Assembly: GCA_963616135.1 (NCBI GenBank)
Contig: CAVEJT010000001.1
Span: forward strand, 4,949 to 68,948
DNA length: 64,000 nucleotides
Source of the DNA: Bacteroidaceae bacterium
GTDB lineage: Bacteria; Bacillota_I; Bacilli_A; RF39; UBA660
Reading direction: 5' to 3'
In this document: positions 9,613-17,938 of the stretch, one piece after another
How positions within the stretch are numbered: the stretch's first letter is position 1
Layout: each line of letters starts with the position of its first letter
The notes under the pieces: model-generated
Told to the model about the DNA's origin: nothing
Database searches by the model: none
What the model saw: the letters and a program-made list of their open reading frames with translations, nothing else
Position numbers and translations under genes: made by a program

Positions 9613-10603
9613 GAAAAAAATACTAGTAGTAGTTCTTTTATTAATGATTTTGTTAACAGGATGTACAAAACAATTAAAAGACGCAAATGGTAAAATAATA
9701 AGAGATGATAAAACTAAACAAGTTTTAGTAGAAAATGTTTTATGTCAACCAATAGAATTAAAGGATGAATATAAAAAAGCATTAAATCAAAAGAAAAAAG
9801 ATTACAAAAAATTATATGAAGATGGAGATTTATCTAAAAAGGATTATACAAAAAAAATTAATAGTATAATTGATATAGATAAATTACCAAAGTGTACTAA
9901 GATTTCTGTAATAGAAGGTGGATATGAAACTCTTTGGACAAGTGTATTTGTAAAACCTTTAGCATGGGTTTTAGTAAATATTGGAAAAATTTTAGGAAAC
10001 AGTTATGGTCTTTCTATTATAATAGTAACACTTTTAATAAGATTGATTTTATTTCCAATAACATTTAAGAGTTTGAAACAATCTGAAAATATAAAGAAAG
10101 CTCAACCTAAATTAGCACGTATAGAGAAAAAATACGCGAATAAAACAGATCAAGAATCTATGATGATGAAATCAAATGAAATGATGGCTGTTTATAAAGA
10201 ATTTAAAATTAATCCTATAGCCGGTTGTTTATTAGGATTTATTCAAATTCCATTATTCTTTGCTTTTTATGAAGCATTAAATAGATTACCACTTTTATTT
10301 GAAGGAAAATTTTTAGGATTACATATGGGAATTACTCCATTAGCGGCCGCAGAAGTAGGTAATTGGTATTATTTAATATTACCAATACTTGTAGGTCTTG
10401 TTACATATTTCTCATTTAAAATGAATAAAAATACAGGTCTTACTAGTCCAGATCAAACAAAACAAATGAATTTAATGTTTAATATTATGATAGTAGTTAT
10501 ATTTGTAACATCATTTAGTATGTCAACAGCAATTATACTTTATTGGATAGCAAATAGTTTATTTACTATAATACAAAATATAATAGTTAAAAGGAGTAAG
10601 TAA
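9602..10603 (+). CDS. yidC: Membrane protein insertase YidC/SpoIIIJ family (lipoprotein)
   Basis: Lipobox LLTGC, multiple TM segments, motifs YGLSIIIVTLLIRLILFPI and MQ-type loop, basic C-terminus. Conserved position. Confidence 0.9.
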   Translation: MKNKKKILVVVLLLMILLTGCTKQLKDANGKIIRDDKTKQVLVENVLCQPIELKDEYKKALNQKKKDYKKLYEDGDLSKKDYTKKINSIIDIDKLPKCTKISVIEGGYETLWTSVFVKPLAWVLVNIGKILGNSYGLSIIIVTLLIRLILFPITFKSLKQSENIKKAQPKLARIEKKYANKTDQESMMMKSNEMMAVYKEFKINPIAGCLLGFIQIPLFFAFYEALNRLPLLFEGKFLGLHMGITPLAAAEVGNWYYLILPILVGLVTYFSFKMNKNTGLTSPDQTKQMNLMFNIMIVVIFVTSFSMSTAIILYWIANSLFTIIQNIIVKRSK

Positions 10604-10604
10604 T

Positions 10605-11201
10605 ATGATAGAAGTTTTTAAGTATCAAGATGAAACAGAAGAAAAATGTAGATTAAAATGTTTAGATGATTTAGATGTATATAATAATGAAATACTTGCT
10701 AAAGAGTATGAAGAAAATGATTTGTATACTATGGAAGTAGTAAAGAAAGAAGATATTAAAACATTCATTAAAAATTATTTAACAAATGTAACTAATCAAA
10801 TGGGATTAGAAACAAAGTTTGAAGTTAATGAAGATGAAGATGTATTTAGCGTAAAGATGTTTTCAAATAATAATCCTATATTAATAGGAAAAGATGGTAG
10901 AACACTTACATCTTTACAAAATTTATTAAGACAAACAATAAGTAACCAAATTAAATTTAATGTAAAAGTTAATTTGGATGCTTCTAATTATAAAGCTAAA
11001 AAAGAAAAATTCTTTGAAAGTGATATAAAAAAAATAATAAATGATGTTTTAAAGACAAAGGATGAAATAAAATTAGATCCAATGAATTCTTATAAAAGAA
11101 GAATAGTTCATTCAATTGCATCTGAGTACTATAATATAGAAACAGAAAGTTTTGGAGAAGAACCAAATAGATATGTAGTAATAAGATATGTTGAAAAGTA
11201 A
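10605..11201 (+). CDS. jag: Jag/KhpB RNA-binding protein (KH + R3H domains)
   Basis: C-terminal R3H region LDPMNSYKRRIVHSIA...GEEPNRYVVI. Follows yidC as in Bacillus. Confidence 0.85.
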   Translation: MIEVFKYQDETEEKCRLKCLDDLDVYNNEILAKEYEENDLYTMEVVKKEDIKTFIKNYLTNVTNQMGLETKFEVNEDEDVFSVKMFSNNNPILIGKDGRTLTSLQNLLRQTISNQIKFNVKVNLDASNYKAKKEKFFESDIKKIINDVLKTKDEIKLDPMNSYKRRIVHSIASEYYNIETESFGEEPNRYVVIRYVEK

Positions 11202-11231
11202 AATTTACTATTAATTTAGTAAATTTTTTTT
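11201..11231 (+). terminator. Rho-independent terminator after jag
   Basis: AAATTTACTA (11201-11210) / TAGTAAATTT (11217-11226), then a T-run. Confidence 0.55.
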
Positions 11232-11287
11232 TAAGTATTTAAAAATAACTAATCTTTTGATATAATACATACGTTGGAAGTGATTAT

Positions 11288-12637
11288 ATGAATGATACAA
11301 TAGCGGCTATATCAACAACTTTAGGAGTAGGGGCTATAGCCATAATAAGAGTAAGTGGTGATAAAGCTATTGATATAGTAAATAAGATATTTAAAGGAAA
11401 GAATTTAAAAAATGTAGAATCACACACTATCAACTATGGATATATAGTTGATAATGGTAAAGAAATAGATGAGGTTTTGGTAAGTGTAATGAAATCACCA
11501 AAAACTTTTACTTGTGAAGACGTTGTTGAAATAAATACTCATGGCGGTATAGCTATTACAAATAAAGTTTTAGAACTTTTACTTACTCATGGCTGTAGAT
11601 TAGCAGAACCTGGTGAATTTACAAAAAGGGCTTTTTTAAATGGTAGAATAGATTTAATAGAAGCAGAAGGAGTAATGGATTTAATTAATTCAAAAACAGA
11701 AAAATCAAGAAAATTAGCTATTAATCAAGTAAATGGTGAGGTATCAAAATTAATAAAAAATCTAAGACAACAAATAATAGAACTTTTAGCAAATATAGAA
11801 GTAAATATAGATTATCCAGAATATGAAGATATTGAAATTATGACTATAAATAAGATTAAAGAAAAAACTCAAGACATAGAATCAAAATTAAAAAATATAT
11901 TGGATAAATCAAAAGATAGTAAATTGATAAAAGATGGAATTAAAACAATTATTATAGGGAGTCCAAATGTAGGTAAAAGTAGTATATTAAATAGATTGTT
12001 AAATGAGAATAAAGCTATAGTAACCGATATAGCTGGAACGACGAGGGATATAGTTGAAGGAACGATATCAATAGACGGAATAATTCTTAATATAATAGAT
12101 ACAGCAGGAATTAGAAAAACTGATGATTTGGTAGAAAAAATAGGTGTTAAAAAAAGTTTAGATTTAATAGAAGAAGCGGATTTAATTTTGTATGTTTTAA
12201 ATAATAATGAAATAATTACAAAAGATGAGTTATTGGTTCTTGATAAAATAAAAAATAAAAATAATATAGTAATTGTAAATAAAATAGATTTAGATAATAA
12301 ATTAGATAAAAAAATATTAGATAATTATATAGAATTGTCAGTAAAAGATGATATAGGAATAGATAAATTAAGAAATAAAATAAAAGAAATGTTTAATTTA
12401 GATATGATAGATAAAGGTGATTTTACTTATTTAAGTAGTGCGAGATCAATTGCTTTAGTAAGATCAGCACTTAATTCATTAGAATCAGTAAATGATGGAA
12501 TTAAAAATAATATGCCTATAGATATGGTAGAAATAGATTTAAAACAAGTGTGGTCAATTTTGGGTGAAATAATTGGAGAAACTTATAGTGATGAGTTAAT
12601 TGATCAATTGTTTAGTCAATTTTGTTTAGGAAAATGA
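11288..12637 (+). CDS. mnmE: tRNA modification GTPase MnmE
   Basis: 449 aa. G1 GSPNVGKSS, G3 DTAGIR, NKID, C-terminal FCLGK. Confidence 0.95.
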   Translation: MNDTIAAISTTLGVGAIAIIRVSGDKAIDIVNKIFKGKNLKNVESHTINYGYIVDNGKEIDEVLVSVMKSPKTFTCEDVVEINTHGGIAITNKVLELLLTHGCRLAEPGEFTKRAFLNGRIDLIEAEGVMDLINSKTEKSRKLAINQVNGEVSKLIKNLRQQIIELLANIEVNIDYPEYEDIEIMTINKIKEKTQDIESKLKNILDKSKDSKLIKDGIKTIIIGSPNVGKSSILNRLLNENKAIVTDIAGTTRDIVEGTISIDGIILNIIDTAGIRKTDDLVEKIGVKKSLDLIEEADLILYVLNNNEIITKDELLVLDKIKNKNNIVIVNKIDLDNKLDKKILDNYIELSVKDDIGIDKLRNKIKEMFNLDMIDKGDFTYLSSARSIALVRSALNSLESVNDGIKNNMPIDMVEIDLKQVWSILGEIIGETYSDELIDQLFSQFCLGK

Positions 12638-12729
12638 AATAGAGTTAAATAAAAATATAAAAATTTATATATTTAAATACTCTATTTGTTTATATGGTAA
12701 TAATAAAAATAGAAAGTTAGGTGATATCT

Positions 12730-14601
12730 ATGTATGATGTAATAGTAGTAGGCGGAGGTCATGCTGGTTGTGAAGCATCCTTGGCGAGTGCTAGAAAAAA
12801 TCATAAAACTTTGTTAGTAACAGGAAACATAAAAAATATAGCAGATATGCCATGTAATCCATCAATTGGTGGAAGTGCTAAAGGTATAGTTGTTCGTGAG
12901 ATAGATGCTCTTGGTGGAGAAATGGGAAGAAACGCTGATAAAAGTTTACTTCAAATTAAAATGCTAAATAGTGCTAAAGGTCCTGCAGTAAGGGCTTTAA
13001 GAGCTCAAGCAGATAAAATAACATATCCTAAAAACATGTTGAAAACATTGATGAATACACCTATGTTAGAAATTAAAGAAGCTTTAGTAGAAGATTTAAT
13101 AATAAAAAATAATAAAATAGAGGGTGTGGTATTACAAGATGGAACTGAAATAAAATCTAAAGTGGTAATACTTACAACAGGTACATATTTGAAATCGGAC
13201 ATACTTGTAGGTGATACGAGAACTAGACAAGGTCCACACGGAGAAAAACCAAGCAATCATTTAAGTGATAAATTAAGAGAATATGGATTTAATATAATAA
13301 GATTGAAAACTGGTACACCACAAAGAATAGAAAAGAGTTCTATAGATTTTTCACGTACCCAAATAGAAAACGGTGATGATAGGTATTGGACATTTAGTTT
13401 TGATAATAAAATTTATTATGATAAAGATAAACAAGTTCCATGTCATTTAATATACACACAACCAGAAACTCACAGAATAATAAAAGAAAATTTACACAAA
13501 TCTAGTATGTATGGTGGTCTTAAAGATATTAAAGGTATAGGTCCTAGATATTGTCCATCAATAGAAGATAAAATAACAAGATTTGCAGATAAAGAAAGAC
13601 ACCAGTTATTTTTAGAACCAGAAAGTATATATTACGATGATATATATATTCAAGGTTTTTCAACAAGTATGCCAAAAGATATTCAAGATAAAATGGTTCA
13701 TAGTTTACCAGGATTAGAGAATGCTATAATAAATAAGTATGCATATGCAATCGAATACGATGCAATAGATTCAAAACAGTTAAAGCAATCATTAGAAACT
13801 AAAGTAGTAGAAGGTTTATTTACAGCTGGACAAATAAATGGTACAAGTGGATATGAAGAAGCGGCAGGTCAAGGTTTAATAGCTGGAATTAATGCCTCAC
13901 TTAAAATAGAGGGTAGAGAACCATTAATTTTAAAAAGAAATGAAGCTTATATAGGCGTACTTATTGATGATTTAGTAACAAAAGGTATTATTGACCCGTA
14001 TAGATTACTTACTTCGCGAGCAGAATATAGATTATTATTAAGACATGATAATGCAGATATGCGACTTAGAGATTACGGATATCAAATTGGATTAATAAAT
14101 GAAGAAAGATATAATAGATTTTTAAATAAAAAGAAAAAAATAAAAGAATTAACTGAATTTCTAAAAAACAACAAACTTACTCCTAAGAAAGAAATAAATG
14201 AATATTTAACTAGTTTAGGAGTTTCAGAAATAAAAGATGCGATTACTTTTTATAATTTGATAAAAAGACCTGAAATAAGAATTGAATATATTAAACCATA
14301 TTTAATTAAAGAGTATGATGATGAGGTTTTAGAACAAGTTGAAATAAATATAAAATATGAAGGATATATAGTAAAAGAAATAAAAGAATCAGAAAAAATG
14401 GTAGATTTGGATAATAAAAAAATTCCTGATGATATAGATTATGATAAAATACATAATTTAGCAAGCGAGGCAAAACAAAAATTAAAACAGATTCGTCCAA
14501 CATCAATAGGTCAAGCATTAAGAATAAGTGGAGTAAATCCAGCAGATATATCCCTTATAATGGTATATATAAAGAAAGAATATTTTTATGAATCAAAATA
14601 A
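12730..14601 (+). CDS. mnmG: tRNA uridine 5-carboxymethylaminomethyl modification enzyme MnmG
   Basis: MYDVIVVGGGHAGCEA FAD-binding fold, GPRYCPSIEDK. ATG at 12730 follows AGGTGA; the track start at 12721 is a less likely GTG. Confidence 0.95.
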   Translation: MYDVIVVGGGHAGCEASLASARKNHKTLLVTGNIKNIADMPCNPSIGGSAKGIVVREIDALGGEMGRNADKSLLQIKMLNSAKGPAVRALRAQADKITYPKNMLKTLMNTPMLEIKEALVEDLIIKNNKIEGVVLQDGTEIKSKVVILTTGTYLKSDILVGDTRTRQGPHGEKPSNHLSDKLREYGFNIIRLKTGTPQRIEKSSIDFSRTQIENGDDRYWTFSFDNKIYYDKDKQVPCHLIYTQPETHRIIKENLHKSSMYGGLKDIKGIGPRYCPSIEDKITRFADKERHQLFLEPESIYYDDIYIQGFSTSMPKDIQDKMVHSLPGLENAIINKYAYAIEYDAIDSKQLKQSLETKVVEGLFTAGQINGTSGYEEAAGQGLIAGINASLKIEGREPLILKRNEAYIGVLIDDLVTKGIIDPYRLLTSRAEYRLLLRHDNADMRLRDYGYQIGLINEERYNRFLNKKKKIKELTEFLKNNKLTPKKEINEYLTSLGVSEIKDAITFYNLIKRPEIRIEYIKPYLIKEYDDEVLEQVEINIKYEGYIVKEIKESEKMVDLDNKKIPDDIDYDKIHNLASEAKQKLKQIRPTSIGQALRISGVNPADISLIMVYIKKEYFYESK

Positions 14602-15286
14602 ATTTGTAGAAGAATTAAGTTTATTAGGCATAAATGTAACCAAAGATAAATTAGATAAACTTGAAAAATATTATAATCTATTAATAGATTATAATAAAGT
14701 TATGAATTTAACTGGTATAACAGATCATGATGAAGTTTATTTAAAGCATTTTTATGATTCTTTAACACTTGCTAAAGTTGTAGATTTAAACAATTATAAA
14801 ACATTATGTGATATTGGAACGGGAGCTGGTTTTCCTGGTATTGTATTAAAAATATTTTATCCCAATTTAAAAATAACGCTAATAGATTCATTAAATAAAA
14901 GAATTATATTTTTGAATAAAGTTATAGAAGAATTAGATTTAGAAGGTATAATTGCTATTCATTCTAGGATAGAAGAATATGGAATAAAAAATAGAGATTT
15001 ATTTGATATAGTAACTGCGCGTGCGGTGGCTCCTCTAAATATTTTACTTGAATATAGTATTCCAATACTTAAAGTAAATGGATTATTTTTGCCAATGAAG
15101 GCTAATTTAGATAATGAGAAATATGATAATGCATTAAAAAAATTAAATTGTACATTAGAAAAAACAGAACAATTTTTATTACCAATAGAAAATAGTAATC
15201 GTTCAATTTTATTAATAAAAAAACAAAATGAGACAAATATGAAGTATCCAAGAAGATTTAATTTAATTAAGACTAATCCACTATAA
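14588..15286 (+). CDS. rsmG: 16S rRNA (guanine527-N7)-methyltransferase RsmG
   Basis: 232 aa, SAM motif DIGTGAGFPGIVLKI. Overlaps the mnmG end. Hairpin GACTAAT (15271-15277) / ATTAGTC (15286-15292) plus T-run forms its terminator. Confidence 0.9.
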   Translation: MNQNKFVEELSLLGINVTKDKLDKLEKYYNLLIDYNKVMNLTGITDHDEVYLKHFYDSLTLAKVVDLNNYKTLCDIGTGAGFPGIVLKIFYPNLKITLIDSLNKRIIFLNKVIEELDLEGIIAIHSRIEEYGIKNRDLFDIVTARAVAPLNILLEYSIPILKVNGLFLPMKANLDNEKYDNALKKLNCTLEKTEQFLLPIENSNRSILLIKKQNETNMKYPRRFNLIKTNPL

Positions 15287-15295
15287 TTAGTCTTT

Positions 15296-15399
15296 TTTAT
15301 TTGGGAAATACTTATAAAATAACAAAAAAATAACATTTCCCAAAAAAATTACAAATATTTCCCAAAACTATTGTAAAAAATAAATAAATATTGTAAAAT
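15296..15399 (+). promoter_or_regulatory. noc upstream region: three TTTGGGAAAT-type motifs plus a putative promoter
   Basis: GGGAAAT at 15303-15309. ATTTCCC at 15335-15341 and 15357-15363 (22 nt apart). Possible -35 TTGTAA (15371-15376), 17-nt spacer, -10 TAAAAT (15394-15399). Confidence 0.45.
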
Positions 15400-15428
15400 A
15401 GTTTTAGAGAATAAAAAGGAGGGATAGC

Positions 15429-17000
15429 ATGAATGAGAATTCGTCTAGGGTAATTGCTGTTGATATTAATGACATATTGCCTAACAGATTTCAACCAAGA
15501 ATTCAATTTGATGAGGATGAAATTCTAGATTTATCTGATTCGATAAAAGAACATGGTGTTATTCAACCTTTAGTTGTTAGAACAATTGGAGATAAATATG
15601 AAATAATAGCAGGTGAAAGAAGATATAAAGCAAGTGTACTTGCTGGAAAAGATACAGTACCTGTTATAGTTAAAAATTTAAATGATAAAGATAGTGCAGA
15701 GATTGCATTAATAGAAAATATACAAAGAAAAAATTTAACTCCAATAGAAGAAGCTTTGTCATATAAAAAGATTTTAGATATGGGGTATGTAACTCAAGAG
15801 GGGTTAGCTGAAAAGCTGGGTAAAAGTCAACCATCTATAGCAAACAAGATAAGACTTTTAAATTTATCTGATGAAGTTCAAGAAGCTTTATTGGATAATA
15901 AAATTTCCGAACGTCATGCCAGGTCATTGCTACGCTTGCCAACATCAAAACTCCAAAATGAAATGTTGGATAGAATAATAAAAGAGCGATTGACTGTTAG
16001 AAAAACAGATGAAGAAATAGATAAATTAAAAAATTCAAAAACAAATGAGATTGAAGAAAAAGAAGGAAAAGGGGAATCAGAAATGAATACAAATTTAAAT
16101 TTAGGAGAAATGTCACAACAACCAGTTCCAAATTTTGATATTTTTGGAACAAATAACGTTAATATGCCAAATCCAATGCCACAAGCACCAGTAGAGCCTG
16201 TAACAACTCCATCGCCAGTAATGATGAGTGCACCAGTACAAGAACCAGCTGTATCTCCAATGATGAATCCAGTTGATACAATATCACAAAATTCAATACC
16301 AAGTGCACCACAACAACCAGTAGTGGAACCAAGTCAAGTAACACCATCAATACAATTTGATGCAAACGGATTTGTAGTATCAGATGGAACAACAAGTATG
16401 CCACAAGCACCAATAGAACCTGTAACAACTCCATCACCAGTAATGATGAGTGCACCAGTACAAGAACCAGAGGTATCTCCAATGATAAATCCAGTTGATA
16501 CAATATCACAAAATTCAATACCAAGTGTGTCACAACAACCAGTAGTGGAACCAACACCTGTAGTAGAACCAATGCAATTTAGTTCAAATGAGTTTACATT
16601 ACCAAATGATATGAATCAAATAAACTCTTCTTTCAATCAACAAAGTAATCAATTACCAGATATAACAATACCTGAAACAAAACCAATTGTTGATAGTTCC
16701 TCATTTTCAACAGATACTACACAAAGTACTCTTACATCACAAAATACTGGTATTAGTAATAGTTCTAGTATACAAAATTCTTCTTTACAAGAACCAATTA
16801 TAATAACTGATTATAATAAACAATATGATCCTATAATGCCAACATCATTGAATCATCCAATCCAAAAAGAGGATTTTAAAGAAGTAATTAATGCTATAAG
16901 AGAATGTTCTTCAAAAATAGAAAAATATGGTTACAAAATTGATGTAGAAGAGTATGATTTAGCTCAATTGTATCAAGTAATATTTAAAATAGAAAAATAG
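15429..17000 (+). CDS. noc: Noc-like ParB-family protein with a long low-complexity repeat insert
   Basis: SD AAGGAGGG before the ATG. ParB N-domain VVRTIGDKYEIIAGERRYKAS. HTH region with the Noc-type ISERHARSL (the Spo0J-type LSMGHARVL is in the second paralog at 38629). C-terminus IRECSSKIEKYGYKIDVEE...IFKIEK resembles the B. subtilis Noc C-terminus. Located after rsmG as in Bacillus. Confidence 0.8.
   Translation: MNENSSRVIAVDINDILPNRFQPRIQFDEDEILDLSDSIKEHGVIQPLVVRTIGDKYEIIAGERRYKASVLAGKDTVPVIVKNLNDKDSAEIALIENIQRKNLTPIEEALSYKKILDMGYVTQEGLAEKLGKSQPSIANKIRLLNLSDEVQEALLDNKISERHARSLLRLPTSKLQNEMLDRIIKERLTVRKTDEEIDKLKNSKTNEIEEKEGKGESEMNTNLNLGEMSQQPVPNFDIFGTNNVNMPNPMPQAPVEPVTTPSPVMMSAPVQEPAVSPMMNPVDTISQNSIPSAPQQPVVEPSQVTPSIQFDANGFVVSDGTTSMPQAPIEPVTTPSPVMMSAPVQEPEVSPMINPVDTISQNSIPSVSQQPVVEPTPVVEPMQFSSNEFTLPNDMNQINSSFNQQSNQLPDITIPETKPIVDSSSFSTDTTQSTLTSQNTGISNSSSIQNSSLQEPIIITDYNKQYDPIMPTSLNHPIQKEDFKEVINAIRECSSKIEKYGYKIDVEEYDLAQLYQVIFKIEK
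16176..16620 (+). repeat. In-frame tandem duplication (period 222 nt / 74 aa, 2 copies) inside noc
   Basis: Copy 1 starts ATGCCACAAGCACCA at 16176 and copy 2 at 16398. Peptide MPQAP(V/I)EPVTTPSPVMMSAPVQEP(A/E)VSPM(M/I)NPVDTISQNSIPS..QQPVVEP...(I/M)QF..N.F occurs twice. Confidence 0.9.
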
Positions 17001-17005
17001 TATTG

Positions 17006-17070
17006 AACTGATTTGAAGAAAATTTACACGTTTTTTATTTCGTGTATAAATTTATCAAACCAGTTTTTTT
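17006..17070 (+). terminator. Compound hairpin terminator after noc
   Basis: Outer stem AACTGATTTGA (17006-17016) / TCAAACCAGTT (17055-17065, one G-U pair), inner stem TACACG/CGTGTA, then TTTTTTT. Confidence 0.6.
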
Positions 17071-17088
17071 AAATTTAATAGAATAAAA

Positions 17089-17128
17089 ATATAATCAAAT
17101 AACTAAATTGATTGTTATTTGATTATAT
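17089..17128. promoter_or_regulatory. 15-bp perfect inverted repeat (candidate operator or hairpin)
   Basis: ATATAATCAAATAAC (17089-17103), 10-nt spacer, GTTATTTGATTATAT (17114-17128). A 10-bp palindrome AGAACGTTCT lies at 17151-17160, just before the SD of the next gene. Confidence 0.45.
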
Positions 17129-17172
17129 TTATGATATGATTAATTGTAGAAGAACGTTCTGTAGGTGATAAT

Positions 17173-17853
17173 ATGTCAAAATTATTAGTATTTGTTTTTA
17201 TATTTTTTTTAGGTAGTACATTTGGATGGATATTGGAATTGTTTTTTAGAAGAATTGTTCATAAAAAGTGGGTTAATCCGGGATTTTTAACAGGACCTTA
17301 TTTACCAATATATGGCTTTGGATTATGTGTTTTAACATATAGTTATATGTTATTTACTAATCTATCGTTAAACCCTATATTAGTTATATTGTTAATGGGA
17401 TTATTTATGACTATAATTGAATTAATTGGAGGACTTTGTTTTATATATGGGGGTTATGTAAAACTTTGGGATTACAGTAATCAATGGGGAAATTATAAAG
17501 GGATAATATGTCCATTGTTTTCACTCATATGGACTATTTTAGGTGGCGTTTATTATTATTTTATTGCTCCTTATGTATTGAGAGCTCTTGATTGGTTCTC
17601 TTGTAATTTATCGTTTTCATTTATACTTGGAATATTTGTTGGGTTGATATGTATTGATTTTATTAATTCAACAAAATTATTAGTAAAAATAAGAAAATTT
17701 GCTAAAGAAAATGATGTTAAGGTTAAGTATGAGGAATTTATATCATATATAAAAGATTTACCAGAGAAAGGTAAAAAATATTTCTTCACAAGACCACTTA
17801 AGAGGATAGCTTCAATAAAAGATTCTTTAGAAGAATATGTAAAAAATCATTAA
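17173..17853 (+). CDS. Polytopic membrane protein, 'putative ABC-transporter type IV' (PF06541-like) family
   Basis: 226 aa, about 6 TM segments. Motifs GWILELFFRRI...NPGFLTGPYLPIYGFG and LWDYSN. Paralogous to the gene at 44397-44882. Confidence 0.6.
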   Translation: MSKLLVFVFIFFLGSTFGWILELFFRRIVHKKWVNPGFLTGPYLPIYGFGLCVLTYSYMLFTNLSLNPILVILLMGLFMTIIELIGGLCFIYGGYVKLWDYSNQWGNYKGIICPLFSLIWTILGGVYYYFIAPYVLRALDWFSCNLSFSFILGIFVGLICIDFINSTKLLVKIRKFAKENDVKVKYEEFISYIKDLPEKGKKYFFTRPLKRIASIKDSLEEYVKNH

Positions 17854-17863
17854 ATATAAAATG

Positions 17864-17887
17864 CAAGATCAACTATCTTGTTTTTTA
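17864..17887 (+). terminator. Rho-independent terminator
   Basis: CAAGAT (17864-17869) / ATCTTG (17875-17880), then TTTTTT. Confidence 0.55.
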
Positions 17888-17938
17888 TATAAAATAATGA
17901 TAGAATTATTCCAAGAAATAAATTAATTGGAGGTATAT

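Noticed and set aside
16159-16572. 137-aa minus-strand ORF with internally repeated LVLV sequence
   Set aside because: It is the antisense reading of the noc tandem repeat. Its periodicity simply mirrors the duplication on the plus strand.
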